Shown here piece by piece: positions 25,810 to 39,919 of a stretch of DNA of 64,000 bases. Position 1 is the first letter of the stretch, and every line of letters starts with the position of its first letter. The stretch is from NCBI GenBank assembly GCA_951406725.2, contig OX597815.1:122822001-122886000 (forward strand), in the 5' to 3' direction. Under the pieces are notes generated by a model. It saw only the letters and a program-made list of their open reading frames with translations, was not told where the DNA came from and ran no database searches. The translations under genes were made by a program, and so were the position numbers. This DNA comes from Octopus vulgaris. Its lineage: Eukaryota.

Positions 25810-26200
25810 CAGCAGTAGCAGCAGCAGCAGCAGCAGCAAATCTACCACCACCATTATCATCATCACCACGATCATTATTGTTGTCATCACCACCACCACC
25901 AGCATTAACAGCGCCGCCATTACCATTGTAGCTATCGTCGTCGTCATCATCATCATCACCATCACCACCACCACCACCACCACAAGCGCTGCCATCACCA
26001 TCATCGTTATCGTTGTCGTCGTCAACACTACCATAACCACCACCACCACCATTATCATCATCATCATCATTATCATCATCATCATCATCATCGTCGTCGT
26101 CGTCATCATCATCATTATCATCATCATCACCACTACCACCACCATCCCCTTCCTCCTCCTCCTCCTCTTCATTATCATCATCACCACCACCGCCGACGCC
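25810..26200. repeat. Compound trinucleotide microsatellite (CAG/CAC/CAT/CGT/CTC)
   Basis: In-phase triplet tracts that produce ORFs on both strands. Confidence 0.9.
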
Positions 26201-26561
26201 AACGTCGAAGTCTTCTATCAGCACAGCTGTACTGAATCATTCGATTGTATTCTAGTATAACCCAAACAGAAACTATCTCTTAAATTTCCACACACCAGTT
26301 AATTAGTTAACCAATTCATTACAAATATATTTTGCATATTAATTACATATATCTTGGAAGAATGCTCTATTATACAAATCACATTTTAAAATCAACTCGT
26401 ATCCCTGTCTCCGGTAACATAATATTCACCTCCCATCATTTTTTTATATATGTCTTTACTAATATGAGGAAGTAATTCGTTCCGGTTCGTATGCGTGCGC
26501 CATGTTGTCTGATTTCTTTGGCTGGTTTTGTCGCACGCTAGATGCGGAGCGCTTGCTAGGC

Positions 26562-27010
26562 CCTCTTCTTATATGGTCATGAATGTTAGGTTATGACCGA
26601 AAGAATATGATCGCGAATACAAGCAGCCGAAAGGGAGTTCCTCTGAAGTATCTCTAGAGCGACGTTAGTCGACAGAGGCGTGACTCGGAGATCAGGGAGT
26701 CTCTCCAGGTCGTGCCACTATATCTCTGCATTGAGAGATCAAAGTTCCAGTACTACAGACATGTGATTAGAATGTTGTAGAAAGGAATTGTAAGACGTTT
26801 TCTTCTAGCTGAGCCAACTGACAGGAATTCTAAGAGTGGATCTAGGATGGGTTGGTTGGATTATATCCAAAGTCTCAATTAGTCCCGCTTCGAAATCCAA
26901 CTGGAAAGTGTAATGATGGATGCTTTTTATAAGACCCAATGGAGGAGGTGCCTGAGGGTTCTATCTCCACCACCGACCTACAAGTAATGGGCAGAGATGG
27001 ATGGATAGAG
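26562..27010 (+). mobile_element. Decayed RTE-clade (Expander/Rex3-like) LINE 3' end
   Basis: Translates LLYGHEC*VMTERI*SRIQAAEREFL...SEIRESLQV.PLYLCIERSKFQYYRHVIRM...WLDYI...WRRCLRVL, with a (GATG)n tail. Multiple stop codons. Confidence 0.85.
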
Positions 27011-29674
27011 GGTGGGAGGGAGGTATGAACTTCTTATAGTGATGAACGATCGCAAATTTTTAGAGAGCTGAGTATAACCGATTGAATCGATTCTATAATA
27101 TCCCAAATCGGTTTCTGTTTGTGTTGCGCATCATCTTTAATAATTCAGTAGGAACGATAGAATAAATAGTCACAATCAAGATATTTTACAGTATTTAGTT
27201 GCAAACCTGAGTTTAAATCCCGCTTTCCTTTTCATCCTACCGGGGCCGATTAAATAAGTAGCATTTAAGTACTAAGGTCAATGTAATTGATTATGCCTCC
27301 TTTCTGCAACTTTAAGGCCCTCTCCCTATGTCAGATATCAGTATATTTGTTGCAGATACCCACTAGGATATGAATTTAATTTTTTTTTTTTTTGCGATGA
27401 ACCATCTACTTGTAGGACTTTGAGTTTGATTGGTTGAGTCGACCTCAAAATAGGCATATTGATATTTAGATACTTGTGCAGCGCATGCAAAGTTATGCAT
27501 ACTGATAACTGTCACACAAATTAAAATTTTAGATGAAGCGCATATAAAATACATTATCTTTTTCTACTGGAGAGCCACTTCGAACAATAGCTGCTCACTT
27601 AGCAGAAATGACAAGTGCTATTAAGACAGGGAGTTATTAGAATGTGTTTATATAATGATTTTCTCGTTCCTTTGCTGTTAATAGCTTAAATGACGCCAGC
27701 AGGTAAAGAAACAGACAACTTTTTGTCTCTAATTCAAAAACGTATGACCTTATTAGGAAACTTGCCTGCCACACTGGACTTATTGACATTCAACTCATAT
27801 TTTGAACTGGTATCAGTTGTTATTTACACTTCACTCTTAACTGTCACTGACTAGCGATTCTCGTCTGGGGAAATGACTTTGTCACCGACCTCGAAAAGTA
27901 GACGAAATTCCACGACGATATCATCCGTGAATGTCGCAGGAATAAGAAAAAAATGCCTGCATATAAAGAAAATGAGCTCCACAGAACGTGGCCTAAGAGT
28001 CAGGCTTTCATATTGAAAGTGCAGCGGATGCTACTTAGCCCAGACGATCACTTTAAAACATCTACTCCTGAATATACTTGCAAGTCTCAGGTTAAACTAA
28101 ATCTTTTTATTGTCTTTTGGAAGTAGTAGGGTCCTTGACTTTTAAATACTTTCTGAGGCCGGTAAGTTCAATACGGTTGATGTTAGTCATAACTGCAGGA
28201 AAAACGTGGGTAGAGAAGGAATTTCAAGCAGATTGACGTTTTGAACGGGAAGGATTGGGTAAAGTGGTTAGTATGGAACTTAATGGGTGAGTCACATCAG
28301 GCTTTTCACGAGGAGAAAAGAAATGTGATCCTGGGAGTTCAGAAAATCCTAAGCCGTTAGTAGTAGCAATACAACAGGTAGGGTGAGGTGATAGCTCGTG
28401 TATGGTCAAAAGGTTGCGATGAGTCGGGGAATGAATATTTGCCAGTCAGTCAGATGCGTTCTAGAACGTTTGTGTTGTGCGTCTGTAAGGGTGTATAGGA
28501 ACCGTACCGTAGGACTTACTTGAGTTATGTAAGGGGTCAGCAATTCCTGATTTGAGGAATATTCTTCAGAAGAAGACTTCAGTTGCGTGATTAGCTGCCT
28601 TAATTAAGTCAAGGATAACGTCAGTTAGCTTTCTGTTACAGAATTAAATGGTTGACTGTTATGGGCTAAGTGTAATAGGATTAAGAAGATGGGGATAGTG
28701 TGTGGATATGTAGTGAGCAGCCTTGAATAGGCAATAGTCTGACATTGACATGTGCAGAGATGGTGATGGTTTATTGGGACAGGTTTAGAGGTGTAAAAGA
28801 TATCTAGGGTGTTTTGGACCTGTCTTGTGTGTCGAAATACGTATAGAGGATTATATTGATTGTTTTAAAACGTTTAGTATCGCAAAACTATCTTCTCCAG
28901 TGTTACTGCATTCATGTGGGAGCAGTGCAAAGGATGATGATGTCAGATAGAAGTGAAGTAAATTAGATCTCCTTGATGTAGGACGCGAGATATTCACTAT
29001 GCCGAACCCTGTACAGCATCAGATCTCTGATCGGAAACTATTTCCACTCGTACCCTCAGACGAATTATGGGATCACATAAAAGGAACTACAGTGAGAACT
29101 GACGAATCGAGAGATCGTGCTATTTTACGACCGGAAGCTTGAGCTGCACCGAAGAGCCAGAGTATGGTGCTAAATGTGGTATGTTAAGCGTGTTCGCCCC
29201 ACTCCCATAAACTAAAAGTCAAAATGGGTTATTATATCGTGGTATTAGTACAAGAGGGTTGTCTTACTGAGCTCTCTCTCTGGACTGATTATTTGCAAAT
29301 CGAAGTGACCAGAGCTCCTCGATGGGTGACCTTCGCTGCAACTAAGTGGATGTAGTGCTCTCCTGAGATGATGCGAAAATCACTTAGTACCAGTTCATCT
29401 GGTTATCGGAAGAGTAGTTACTCAATAGAAAAAGCAGAAGATTGTCCATCAAGTGGCACAAAGATCAAGACTAAAATATACGATCGACCATATAAATTTA
29501 CATGCTATTTTTGTGGAGCACTTTACAAACAACTTATCGAATGCATACACATGGAAACAGTTTGCTACAATTGATATATAAGTGGGAATTAGCTAAGTTG
29601 AACCGGACAAAGCCACCCACCATAAAGACTCAATATTGCACCAATATATATATATATATATACATATATATAGA

Positions 29675-29750
<76 letters not shown>

Positions 29751-30139
29751 AGTAATTTCCTTTCGGTACAAAATCAGGGAAAATAAATTTAGAGAAAAAA
29801 GGGCAAGAAATAAGTATGATTCATTTGAGTTTAATAAAAAAAAAAAACATACGATCTTTTCACAGATAGCTTAGTATATTTAGGGAATATGGTGTTTATT
29901 TTATCATGATCAAAGGGGAACTAGCAGTGTCTTATAAGATAGTAGGGGCCCATTTGAAAGCTTCACCTACAATTATCTTCAAGCTATACTCCTGAGAAAA
30001 TGTGATCTCAATACTGTAAACCAGCAACACTCAGCAATTTTAATAATGCTCTTGCTGATTGGAAGGGTAACTTTACTAATCTCAGATATTTACTTACAGT
30101 AAGGTGTGTCATTGAGAACTAAGCATCTTATCCACTCTC

Positions 30140-30560
30140 AGCATAAAACTAGTGACGAGATACGAACTCTCAACTCTGTAGATGGAGATCTGGCATCTCC
30201 AATCAACACGGTCAACTGCGACTTGAAGGGGATGTGGTAGATTTTTGTTTCTGCAAATGAATAATGTTGGTTGTCTGGTGTTCTTGGATATAAATGGATT
30301 GTAGGAACCTTATAGGTAACTGAAGTCGACTGTGGGTATATTAATCGAAGATTCATAAGGTAGTGAAGAATGCGTGTCGGAGAGGCATGCAGTTAGAAGA
30401 GAGAACAATGAAAGTGTCAAAAGCGTAATGAGTTGGATTTAACAGAAAATACATGTGCACAGAAGAATATAATGTTCTTGAGTATAATAAATAATTTAGA
30501 AATGTTAGTAGACTTGTGTCAGAAAACTCTACATCTAAATATGATGAGATGAAGAAACTA
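30140..30560 (-). mobile_element. Possible decayed Penelope RT fragment
   Basis: VEFSDTSLLTFLNY...VHMY..NPTH...LSSNCMP resembles the PLE E..s..FLD...Y.KPT...S.HP region. Confidence 0.4.
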
Positions 30561-31422
30561 GTGAGAAAACTACCTTTAATAATGTTGAAATAAAAGAGTA
30601 TCATGAAATACATTGTAGTTAAATAAGACCATGAATGTTCGTGGTCTAATGGTTAGGGTGTTCGGCTCACGATTATATGGCCGATGGTGCAATTCTTGAA
30701 CTGGGCAGTGCATTGTAACTTGCAGTTCATGTTACTTAAGTCAACTCAGCTGTATATTTAAGTCACCTCAGCTCGGGTACTGGTGTAACTTTCTCCCCTT
30801 CCAGCTGTCATATTCTCAATGTTCTACTGAGTCAAAACTGAAGAAACCAGTGAGTTGACTATGTCTGCTAGCGACTACATAAAACTTAAAACCAATAAAC
30901 GAAAGTATGGTACATGCCATCAAGTCATACTCGCGGGCGAGTGACGGCTGGCTGTACTTTTTAAAGAAATATGTTCGTATATTTACCGCAGATACAAGTT
31001 TGGTACACTTACGGCAATTGTTTGAACTGATTCAATAAATTAAAACTATTGTTTAATCTTTGATTGGCAATATCCTTCAATTAGTGACCAGTTGTATTGA
31101 CTTCAGAAGCGGGGGTTGCGGTGCTGCGATGTTTTAAAGGGTGTTAAATGTGTAAGCGTACTGAAAGAGCGATTACTAGAATACGAAACCAGATAATTGA
31201 GTCGATCTACGGGGAACTTGCACCATCTCTACACAATACGCCACACAGGTATTTAAAAAATCTGATTCAATTCTGTTCTGCTAAAACACGAGATTCAAAT
31301 GGACCAGTGTTTCTGACCATCCTATGAGCAAGGTGCAAGTTGTCAGAGAGCTAAACTGCTATTTCGACCTTCCTTTTGTGTATCTCTACACTTGAATCGT
31401 TTTATATTTACTCACATTCATG

Positions 31423-31485
<63 letters not shown>

Positions 31486-31539
31486 TCTTCTTCTTCTACC
31501 ATTGATTTTAGATTGGTAAACTAAGACAAATTAGACACC

Positions 31540-31880
31540 AAGGTTCAACGTCAATTTCATGATAAGAATTCACAACCCAGAGGTCTAAAGGCAATGGCTG
31601 AAGCAGTGGACAAGAGTTCCAAATGGATCAAGTCAAAGAGGAATGAAAGGGAATGTCAGAAGCCGAAATGGTTACAACATTCAAGGTATCTTTGCTCTGG
31701 GACACTTAATCATCCAAGAAGACACAAGTTACAATGCACATAATTGCACAAAATGTGACACCAAAGAGGTATCCTGGAGTTATAAACTGGATGTGACCCG
31801 GCCCCCGTAAAGTGTAAAGAGTTTAAGGGCTGAAACATTTGCACGAGAAGGACTTCTCTGAAGACATTCAGCTGCTCGGC
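31540..31880 (+). mobile_element. HERO-like (RLE non-LTR) 3' end remnant
   Basis: 31591-31655 translates AMAEAVDKSSKWIKSKR, like the AAE.AS.W.W.KR C-terminus. Followed by a putative 3' UTR. Confidence 0.5.
31800..31864 (+). ncRNA. Candidate re-ordered hammerhead, family 3 (diverged)
   Basis: ggccc(P2) ccgt(Px) aagtGTA aagagt(P1) gggct GAAA cattt gc acg(Px') acttct(P1') CTGAAGA. Confidence 0.5.
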
Positions 31881-33564
31881 TCTCCCTAAAATTTCTTACC
31901 ACCTACGAGCGAACGGCATCTTATTCTTTCGGCTGTTGTAAAGCTCAAATAAACTCTTTATCTAAACTTCGCAAAGGAAGCAATAAACACAGCCTTGGGA
32001 AACTAAAAGAAACACAAAGCTGAGAATAAGTTGAAATCACTAAATGTAAACACATGCTGAAAAAAAGTTTAAGTTGGCTGTAGAAGGTAAAACAATGAAG
32101 TTGTTATGGTGCTAAAATAATTATCCGTAGGCTGTACCTATCGTTGTTATTGTTATCATCATTGTCGTCTCTTTCATAGCTTCTTTGTGGATGGACCGGA
32201 TCCAAAAAATTTACGCAGTGAAAATAGGAAACGCGTAGGTGAAGTTCTACGATAGCACAGAATAGGTCAGAGATAAAGTGAATATTGGTATTTCATAGAA
32301 ATGAAGTTGGTGCAGCGTCTCAATGTATGGACGAGGGAGGCAGGCAAGAAATATAAGAAAAGATAAGAGCTTCCCTTGTGTAGACCAGACGAGACGGCTC
32401 GACCATAATATATGTAAATTGACAACTATAAAAGAATACAAGTTAATTAATAATAGATTAAATATCGAAATATCTGACATGAGTAATTGTTAATAAGATT
32501 ATAATTTTTCATGTTAGAGATGAGAATTCTTTTACATTTACATCTACTGGCTACTTCGATCGGTTTGTTCCTTGAATTATTCCTTATTCGTTGATGTGTT
32601 CATAGTGCAGACTGGATGCAAGCTCAAAATATTTATTTCTAAACTTAAAAATAGACCGTTCTTCCCCACAGGCATACAGTGGTTCCCAGATTCACCTCTA
32701 CCAAAATATTAGGGATTTTTTTTACCCCATCCCCTTTATTATCAAGAAGACAAAATAGAGTTTATGTCAAATATGATTCTTCTTTCTTCGCCGTGATGTT
32801 GAACAAGTGAATTTGGTTGACAGAAGCTGTATGGAAGCCTGTCGTAAATGTATACATGTGTGTGTGTGTTTCTGCCAATGCTTGTCCCCATCCCACTGCT
32901 TGACAACTGGTTTCGGGTTGCTTACGTTCCCACAACTTAGCGATTCGAGAAAAGTGATCGATAGAATAAGTACTAGACCTAAAAAATGGGGCTGGGCTCG
33001 ATCTGTTCAACTAAAACCCATCTAGGCATCTTAATTTTCTTAAACATGGCAATTTACCCTCAGCTCGCCTTTTTTTTTTTTTTCGCCGCTTCTAACAGGA
33101 CCTCCATGTATGAAAAATATTGGCCTAGGGGAAGTAGCATAGTTGAGGGTGAGAAGGAGGGCCTCCCCGGGCGACGTTTTTATGGAGCCTCGAGGCGAGC
33201 TGCCCTGTGCGGCACACACTCTAGCTACGTAACTGCCTAAGAGATAAAAGTGCTATTATTCTTTAAGCTTAGAAATAGCGATTCTGAGTTTGTATTCACT
33301 CTGCTATTAGGAAAACGTCAAGGAATAAGGCACTTAATTATGACGCGAGATCGAACTGATCGAAGCATAGCTTAATATAAACATTAAAACATTTAGCAAG
33401 TAATGTTCGTAGCCACTTCAACATGGCTGTTCCGTTCGAACGGACTTTACAACGATTTTTTTAACCCCAAGAGGACATTTCCTCTAGCTGGTTAACGATA
33501 CCTAGCTTCTTCCGACATGTTGCAAGCAGGGGAGCGAACCCCTACCACCTTCTAGCGATGGGAT

Positions 33565-33613
33565 CCGCAGACCAGCCTGGTTTCGGGCTATTTCTGCCTC
33601 TCTTCAGTATTGG
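33565..33613 (-). ncRNA. Type I hammerhead motif in a relative of the 16.1-kb element
   Basis: Minus strand: ccaata CTGAAGA gaggc agaaata gccc GAAA cca ggc tg GTC tgcgg. Stem I imperfect. Confidence 0.65.
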
Positions 33614-35163
33614 ACACCTCAAGTTTAATTGCCAGAAAAATTGAAGTCGTAGTTAAAAATGATTTGAAGTTTTGCAATCTTGTATGCATAGCTGGGCGGT
33701 TAAGCAACTCGCTTTGCAACCACTTGGTTTTGGGATCAGCTCCATTGCACGGTAGTTGGGCAAGTGACTTCAATAACAACAGACTCAGACCGACCTAGAC
33801 CTTGTGAGTGAACTTGGTAGACAGAAACTGTATGGAAGCCCGTTGTAAATGTATACGTATGTATGTATGTATGTATTATGTATGTATGTATGCATGTGCA
33901 TTTTTCATGTGTGTGTACGTGCGTGTGCGTACGTGTGTGTGTCTTTCTGTCAGTGTCTGTCTCCATCCCACCGCTCGACAAGCGGTATTGGTTCATTTAC
34001 GTTCCCATACTTTAGCAATTCGATAAAAGAGATCAGTAGAACATGTGCCAGACTTAAAAATGAGTGCCGGGCTCGATCTATTCGAATAAAACTCTTCAGG
34101 GCGGTACTCCAGCATGACAGCAGTCCAATGACTGAGACACGAAAAAGAAAGTAATATGAATTTGGTGGCTTTTCAAAAACATATTGATATAACTGTTGCA
34201 TGAGTGAGTAATCTTAACTTCAGCGTTAGATTACTACTGACTGGTTAGGAGATGTAACTTCCTAAGTATAGATGTTTGTAAACCGATATGATGGCGCATC
34301 TAGAACACACATCCAGCGTATGAGAGAAAGTAGTCGTACGGTTGATTGTATAAAATTCTGTCAGGCATTTGTTCCTACACGACGTGAACACATATAACAG
34401 AAACAACATTATTTATTTTTATATCACTTCTTATACAACAAAGTTGATAACACTGCAATGTAACGAGAAAAAAAGAGAACAGAAATAAATAACACTCTAC
34501 TGTTTAAATTCTTGGAATTGATATAAATAAGTTCCACATAAAACGTTTGAAGTAGAAGGATCTTAGCGTAGCAACAGCACCCCTGAAACCAAATACCTAG
34601 AACGTACTGATCGACATCTGACGTACTAACGTAGTAGTGCCACGAAATAAATATAATCCCTGTACATTAGAATGTTTTAGTAGTACCAAATAATACTAAT
34701 TAATATCTATATTAAAATACTTTAATAGTGGTAAATGATAAATAGTTAATCTGTATTGTATGGTATTCCAAGACTCGAGAGTTATTATATTTGAGACGTG
34801 AGAAGTTTCCATTATAATAAGTCATTAACTCAGCAAAATTAACTTTTGGATAAATAATTTGATGGTTTATTTTTTATACCAATTCGAGTAAATTTTAGTG
34901 ACTGTCTTCGACTTTTTAAATAAAGAATGGTAATTAGCGCGCGCACACACACATAGCTACATGATACACACATGCACACGAACATTACATGTATGCAAAT
35001 ATATACATGTACACAGATACATATATATACTTGTACGCAAATATATACATCCATCCATCCATCCATCCATCCATCCATCCATCTATCCATACATACATGT
35101 ATGCATACATACATACATACATACATACATACACACATACATGTGTGTGTGTCTTTGTGTGTG

Positions 35164-35229
<66 letters not shown>

Positions 35230-35312
35230 CTCGGTGTATGCAAATGAAGATACATTAAGTTATAATAGCCATCTATGTATCATACTTTATATATATATAT
35301 ATATATATATAA

Positions 35313-35343
<31 letters not shown>

Positions 35344-37642
35344 CCGTTAGCAGGCAAGATAATGTGGCTTTCATCTGAGATAAAATTTCTAATAGACGTG
35401 CTGCGTTAAAAACATACTATACATCTCTTTCTCTTAAATACATAACAGAAAGAGAGCAAATCTAGTGGAGAAGCACCAGACTAACTGTAAACTTAGTAGC
35501 TTGATTGTTTATAATGTGTTGGTAAAATCCTCTCAGACGAAAACAGAATAATTATAAACACAATAACTAAAAGGGGTGGGGAGGGCAATCACATATCAAA
35601 TAGCAGATGTATATTGTAAGCATAAAAATGTGCAAAGCTAAAACTACTGAACAGTCGCCTCTGTATCTGCACCAAAAATTAATTTCAACATGTTTATTGG
35701 TATGTTATGGTCGAATTGTTTAGAAGTTTACTTCGTGGCCACGATGTGGCCAGATTTAATCTACTACATGGCACCTTGAGTAAATATCTTTTACCACAGA
35801 CACGAGTTAACCTAGGCCTTGTAAAGGAAAATGGAAAGGCAGAAACTGTGTGGAAGCCCTTCATATGAATTGTAGCTGTAATTTAAATGTACTACTCTAT
35901 CACACTCTCTGATTCTCACTGATGCTGCCCGAGAATTACTTTAAAAGTACACAAGTCTGTAGAATAGTAGAATACTCAACCACTTACATGCTTATTCAAT
36001 CAGCTGCAAGTTTAGTTGATTGAATAATTAGATACTGAATTCGTTGTTTGATAGCATTCTTCGGGTAGAATTAATTGAATATGATTGTCATTTAAGGTTG
36101 TTGAAAGTATTAAACTCGATTAAAAACAAAAATGTTAACAGGAATCTTTTTGAGCTAAGCAGTGTGGTTATTACATTTAAATTTTAAAATAGTGTTCAAG
36201 AAAAACATCTGTAGGCCAGGGCATACAGTATTTTACCAGCATTATAGGCCCCTCAACAAAGTAGTGCCCTGATGCACATGCAGCTATTTATTGGCAGCAA
36301 GGCAAGGCATACATAGACCAACGTTGGGTCTCTAAACTAGAGAGGTCTTCGAAAAACTATCCATTGTGCTCAAACCTTAAAACGGCTGTTATATGTCACC
36401 ATAACGATTAATCCACATATCGAGATGGAGAATTCAAAGACTTCAGTATTACAAAATGGTCGGTTTGAAATAGCTTATTGGATCAAATAATACATCGGTT
36501 CCTTTCTTATACTCAGGCACAAGAAAAAATTATAAGAGAATGGAATGAAACTGTATGACATCCAGGCCTTTTTTCTAAAATATTATTGGCGTAAATGAAT
36601 AAAAATGGGCTAAACAGGAGGAGGAGACACGTGGAATAGAGAGTCACTGAAGAAGTCACAGGATGTGTGGCTAAAGACTTCCAGACAAAGGACATAAAAT
36701 AAGAAAATAAATTTGAAGTGATGAAGAATGAATATATATAGTGCGTGTGTTTATTTGAAAAAAAAATGACCTTCCCGAAATGCAACAATAAAAATCAGTT
36801 TCACCAAAAGCTTATATTTTGCTCTGCGGAGCTCGCCGCATAAGAACATCTGTTTATTTTCTAAGCATTTTCTAAATATTTTGAAAGGCCATAGAGAAGA
36901 ATTACAGATGTATTATAACCATTAGTTGCTTTTCCGATATCGAAGACTGAATCTTGAATGAATTTGTGTCACATTTCTAGCAATGATGTCGGATTATTCT
37001 ATCCAGGCTGTCTTTAAATGGGCGAAAAATATAAACAGTTTTTTTTTAAACGTCAGAATATTAAGAAGACATTGCAAGTGAGAAGTGCCTGTCAATTATC
37101 TCAAGTTATCTCACATTTCATTACTTCCTTGGTCTTTTATTAATATCTTCGTTCTTTAAACAATATTACTTGACTTCCTTCTCATGGAGATATTTTTTTT
37201 AGAACCTTATTAATTACTATATACACATACTTATCGCCTGACAAACGGCGTTTCAGAAATCTGACTAGAATGTGTTGTAAATGCTAACAGAATTTGAAGA
37301 ATATATACATTTCTGTTGATATCTGGTTTGCCAATTTTCGTCTGGAAATTTGAAACCAATAAAAGGGAAAGGGAGCTCTCTAAGTTTACATGTCTATGCT
37401 ATTAGTTGAACTTAAAATATAGCATGCATCAACATTTATTTATATTTCATAACTATTTTTACTGTGGTAAATGTTTTTATACTTTTAAGATTCTGGAAAA
37501 TTTCCAAGAAACGACCATTAATTTATCTAAGAATTTTTTTTAAGGTACATTTTCAATAACAAATAATTTTTATTACAGAAGTCGATATTTTAAAGTAAAT
37601 CTAAGATAGGTCTTTTAAAGATTTAAATATTAGGACGCCAAA

Positions 37643-38040
37643 AAGGCAGTGAACTGGCAGAAACGTTAACACGCCAGGTGAAATTCTTAGCGGTATTTCG
37701 TCTGCCGCTACGTTCTGAGTTCAAATTCCGCCGAGGTCGACTTTGCCTTTCATCCTTTCGGGGTCGATTAGATTAAGTACCAGCTACACACTGGGGTCGA
37801 TGTAATCGACTTTATCCCTTTGTTTGTCCCTACTATGTTTAGCCCCTTGTGGGCAGTAAAGAAATAAGAATCGTTAGCCGGGCAAAATGCTTAGCGGCAT
37901 TTTGTCCGTTTTTATGTTCTGAGTTCAAATTCCGCCAAGATTGACTTTGCCTCTCATTCTCTCGGGGACAAAGCATTGAGATCGATGTGGTTGACTAGCG
38001 CCCTCTCCAGAAATTCCAGGCCTCTATAGTAGAAAGAGTT
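37643..38040 (+). mobile_element. Dimeric SINE-A
   Basis: Full head and core, ttagccccttgtgggcagtaaagaaataag linker, then a second monomer. Confidence 0.85.
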
Positions 38041-39327
38041 ATTAGTACGTAAAATTTGATTTTAGACGGGTGTGAGGACTATGTGTACAATATTTTACTG
38101 AAGCTGAATTAAGTGAATCATTTTTAGCAAGTCAAAAGTGACAATTGCTTTTTGATGAACACTTCCTTGTATTTTCGTCAGGAAATACAGAATATGTAAA
38201 ATTAAGTTAACATATTTTTTTTAATGCAGTTATGCAGTTAGATTCACATTATTTTAAAAGAAAGTTGGTAACAGGAAATGTTGGGTGGGCATATGTTTCC
38301 AGACGTGTTGGAACTGGTCCAACTTCACAAAACAGTGCAGTTACTGATACCGGTACTTATATATGTAGGTGTAAGATGTAAAAAACAGTTGCACATATCA
38401 GTCGACTTCTGTGAAAATCCACCTTGGAAATGTCAGAGCTTATAAATAGTTGCCTGATCTGTAGAACGTTACAAACATAGGTAACAGTTTCTAGTCTCAA
38501 AACCTCCAGCTTGTTTACATTTCACGTATACGCTATCAAGTTTCTGACTGAACAACATGAAAAGATGTCTAAGCATAACGTTTTACTTTACACGTACCGC
38601 TTTCATTCGACTTGGCACGAAATCGTTTATGTTAGGAAACAGGAAATGATATGTTTTGACGATCATGCCTTTCTCCAGTTCATCAACGACTTAAGAGAAG
38701 TGCTTTGGCTCCAACCACGAGTTGAAACTGTATAATGGTAATATTGCGTCTACCATACGTCGCTCCCTTTTATGATTTCATACATAGTTATGAAGACTGT
38801 GATTTTTAAGATTAGGAAAAACAGGGAGTTTTATACCTTCCTTAATAGCATTAGTGACGTAAGCGAAATGGGTTGGTTACAATAGAAATTCGGAGTTGCA
38901 AACGTATCTGCGCAAGGATTCTGATGATCACATCCACATTTTCTACATAACATAAACTCATTGTCGGCGAAGGAGGATATCAATTCTGTGTGGCTGATTT
39001 CATATAGTTTTAATCTTGAGTGGCCACTCCAACTTTTCAGTGGGAGTGAAAGATAGTTAATGAATGATTATGAGCCATGGAAGTAGTATTAGCAGTGAAA
39101 AGCAATCTTTATATCCAACTTAACATGGACGTTTTGTTAGAACGCCAAACACTGCGGTATTAGCCTTGATAGATCCTCTCATATTGGCACATGGTGCAAA
39201 AAAGCACGAAAATCGTACTTGATGAGAATCGTTTGTTGTGGCCGCTGAAACTGCCAGAACACGGAATTTCAGTCTATTAGACTTCCTTAGCAGCAGATGT
39301 CAAGCCACCGGATAACAACCAATCCAG

Positions 39328-39464
39328 CTAATCTCGTTGATCGATGGCAGAGACGCAGAGATGTTCACGGCTCATACTTTGACTAATCAAAACATTTCTA
39401 TTGTTAATTTTTCCAGAATAAAATTGTTTCTGAAATCGGCCATTATTTTCGGAACAACCTAATA
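39328..39464 (+). mobile_element. mariner 3' end remnant
   Basis: Encodes NLVDRWQRRRDVHGSYFD*, the mariner transposase C-terminus. Right TIR cattattttcggaacaacctaa is followed by TA. Confidence 0.8.
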
Positions 39465-39919
39465 TTTGGATGGCTTAGTTTGGGCCAATTTCGCAAGCGT
39501 TTGAATTACAGAATCCAGCCTTTCCTTCAATCACAACCGAAACTCTCATTATTTCAAAATTATCTTATCAGACAAAGTTGTACGTAAGAATTTTATTCAC
39601 AGTTGTAACTGCCAAAATGTAGCAGCAGAAAATGCAAGCTTAAAGCAAGAGAAAATAAGACGCAATATATAAAAAGATAAGACATAAAAACACGACATAA
39701 TTTAAAGTTGTTTTCGTCTCTTCCTGTATTTAAAAACGGTGCTATCATTCAACAGTTTCTCAAGCAATGTCAGGTAGACAGCTATCTACATCTTCACACT
39801 TATATATAGAATTCGGTTTCACGGTACTTGAAAATTATTCCTAAGAATTTGCTTTATGGTATTTCAAAGTGCTTTAGATGTTTAAAAAAAATCTTTTACT
39901 TCGTTATAAATAATAATAA

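Noticed and set aside
25751-26260. Long poly-D/G, poly-I/T and poly-M/V ORFs
   Set aside because: Compound trinucleotide microsatellite open in several frames on both strands; no splice or domain support.
28200-29400. Coding-like stretch, possible LINE remnant (similar cases at 10600-10880, 40717-41600, 45640-45990)
   Set aside because: Too decayed for me to assign a diagnostic motif; needs BLASTX.
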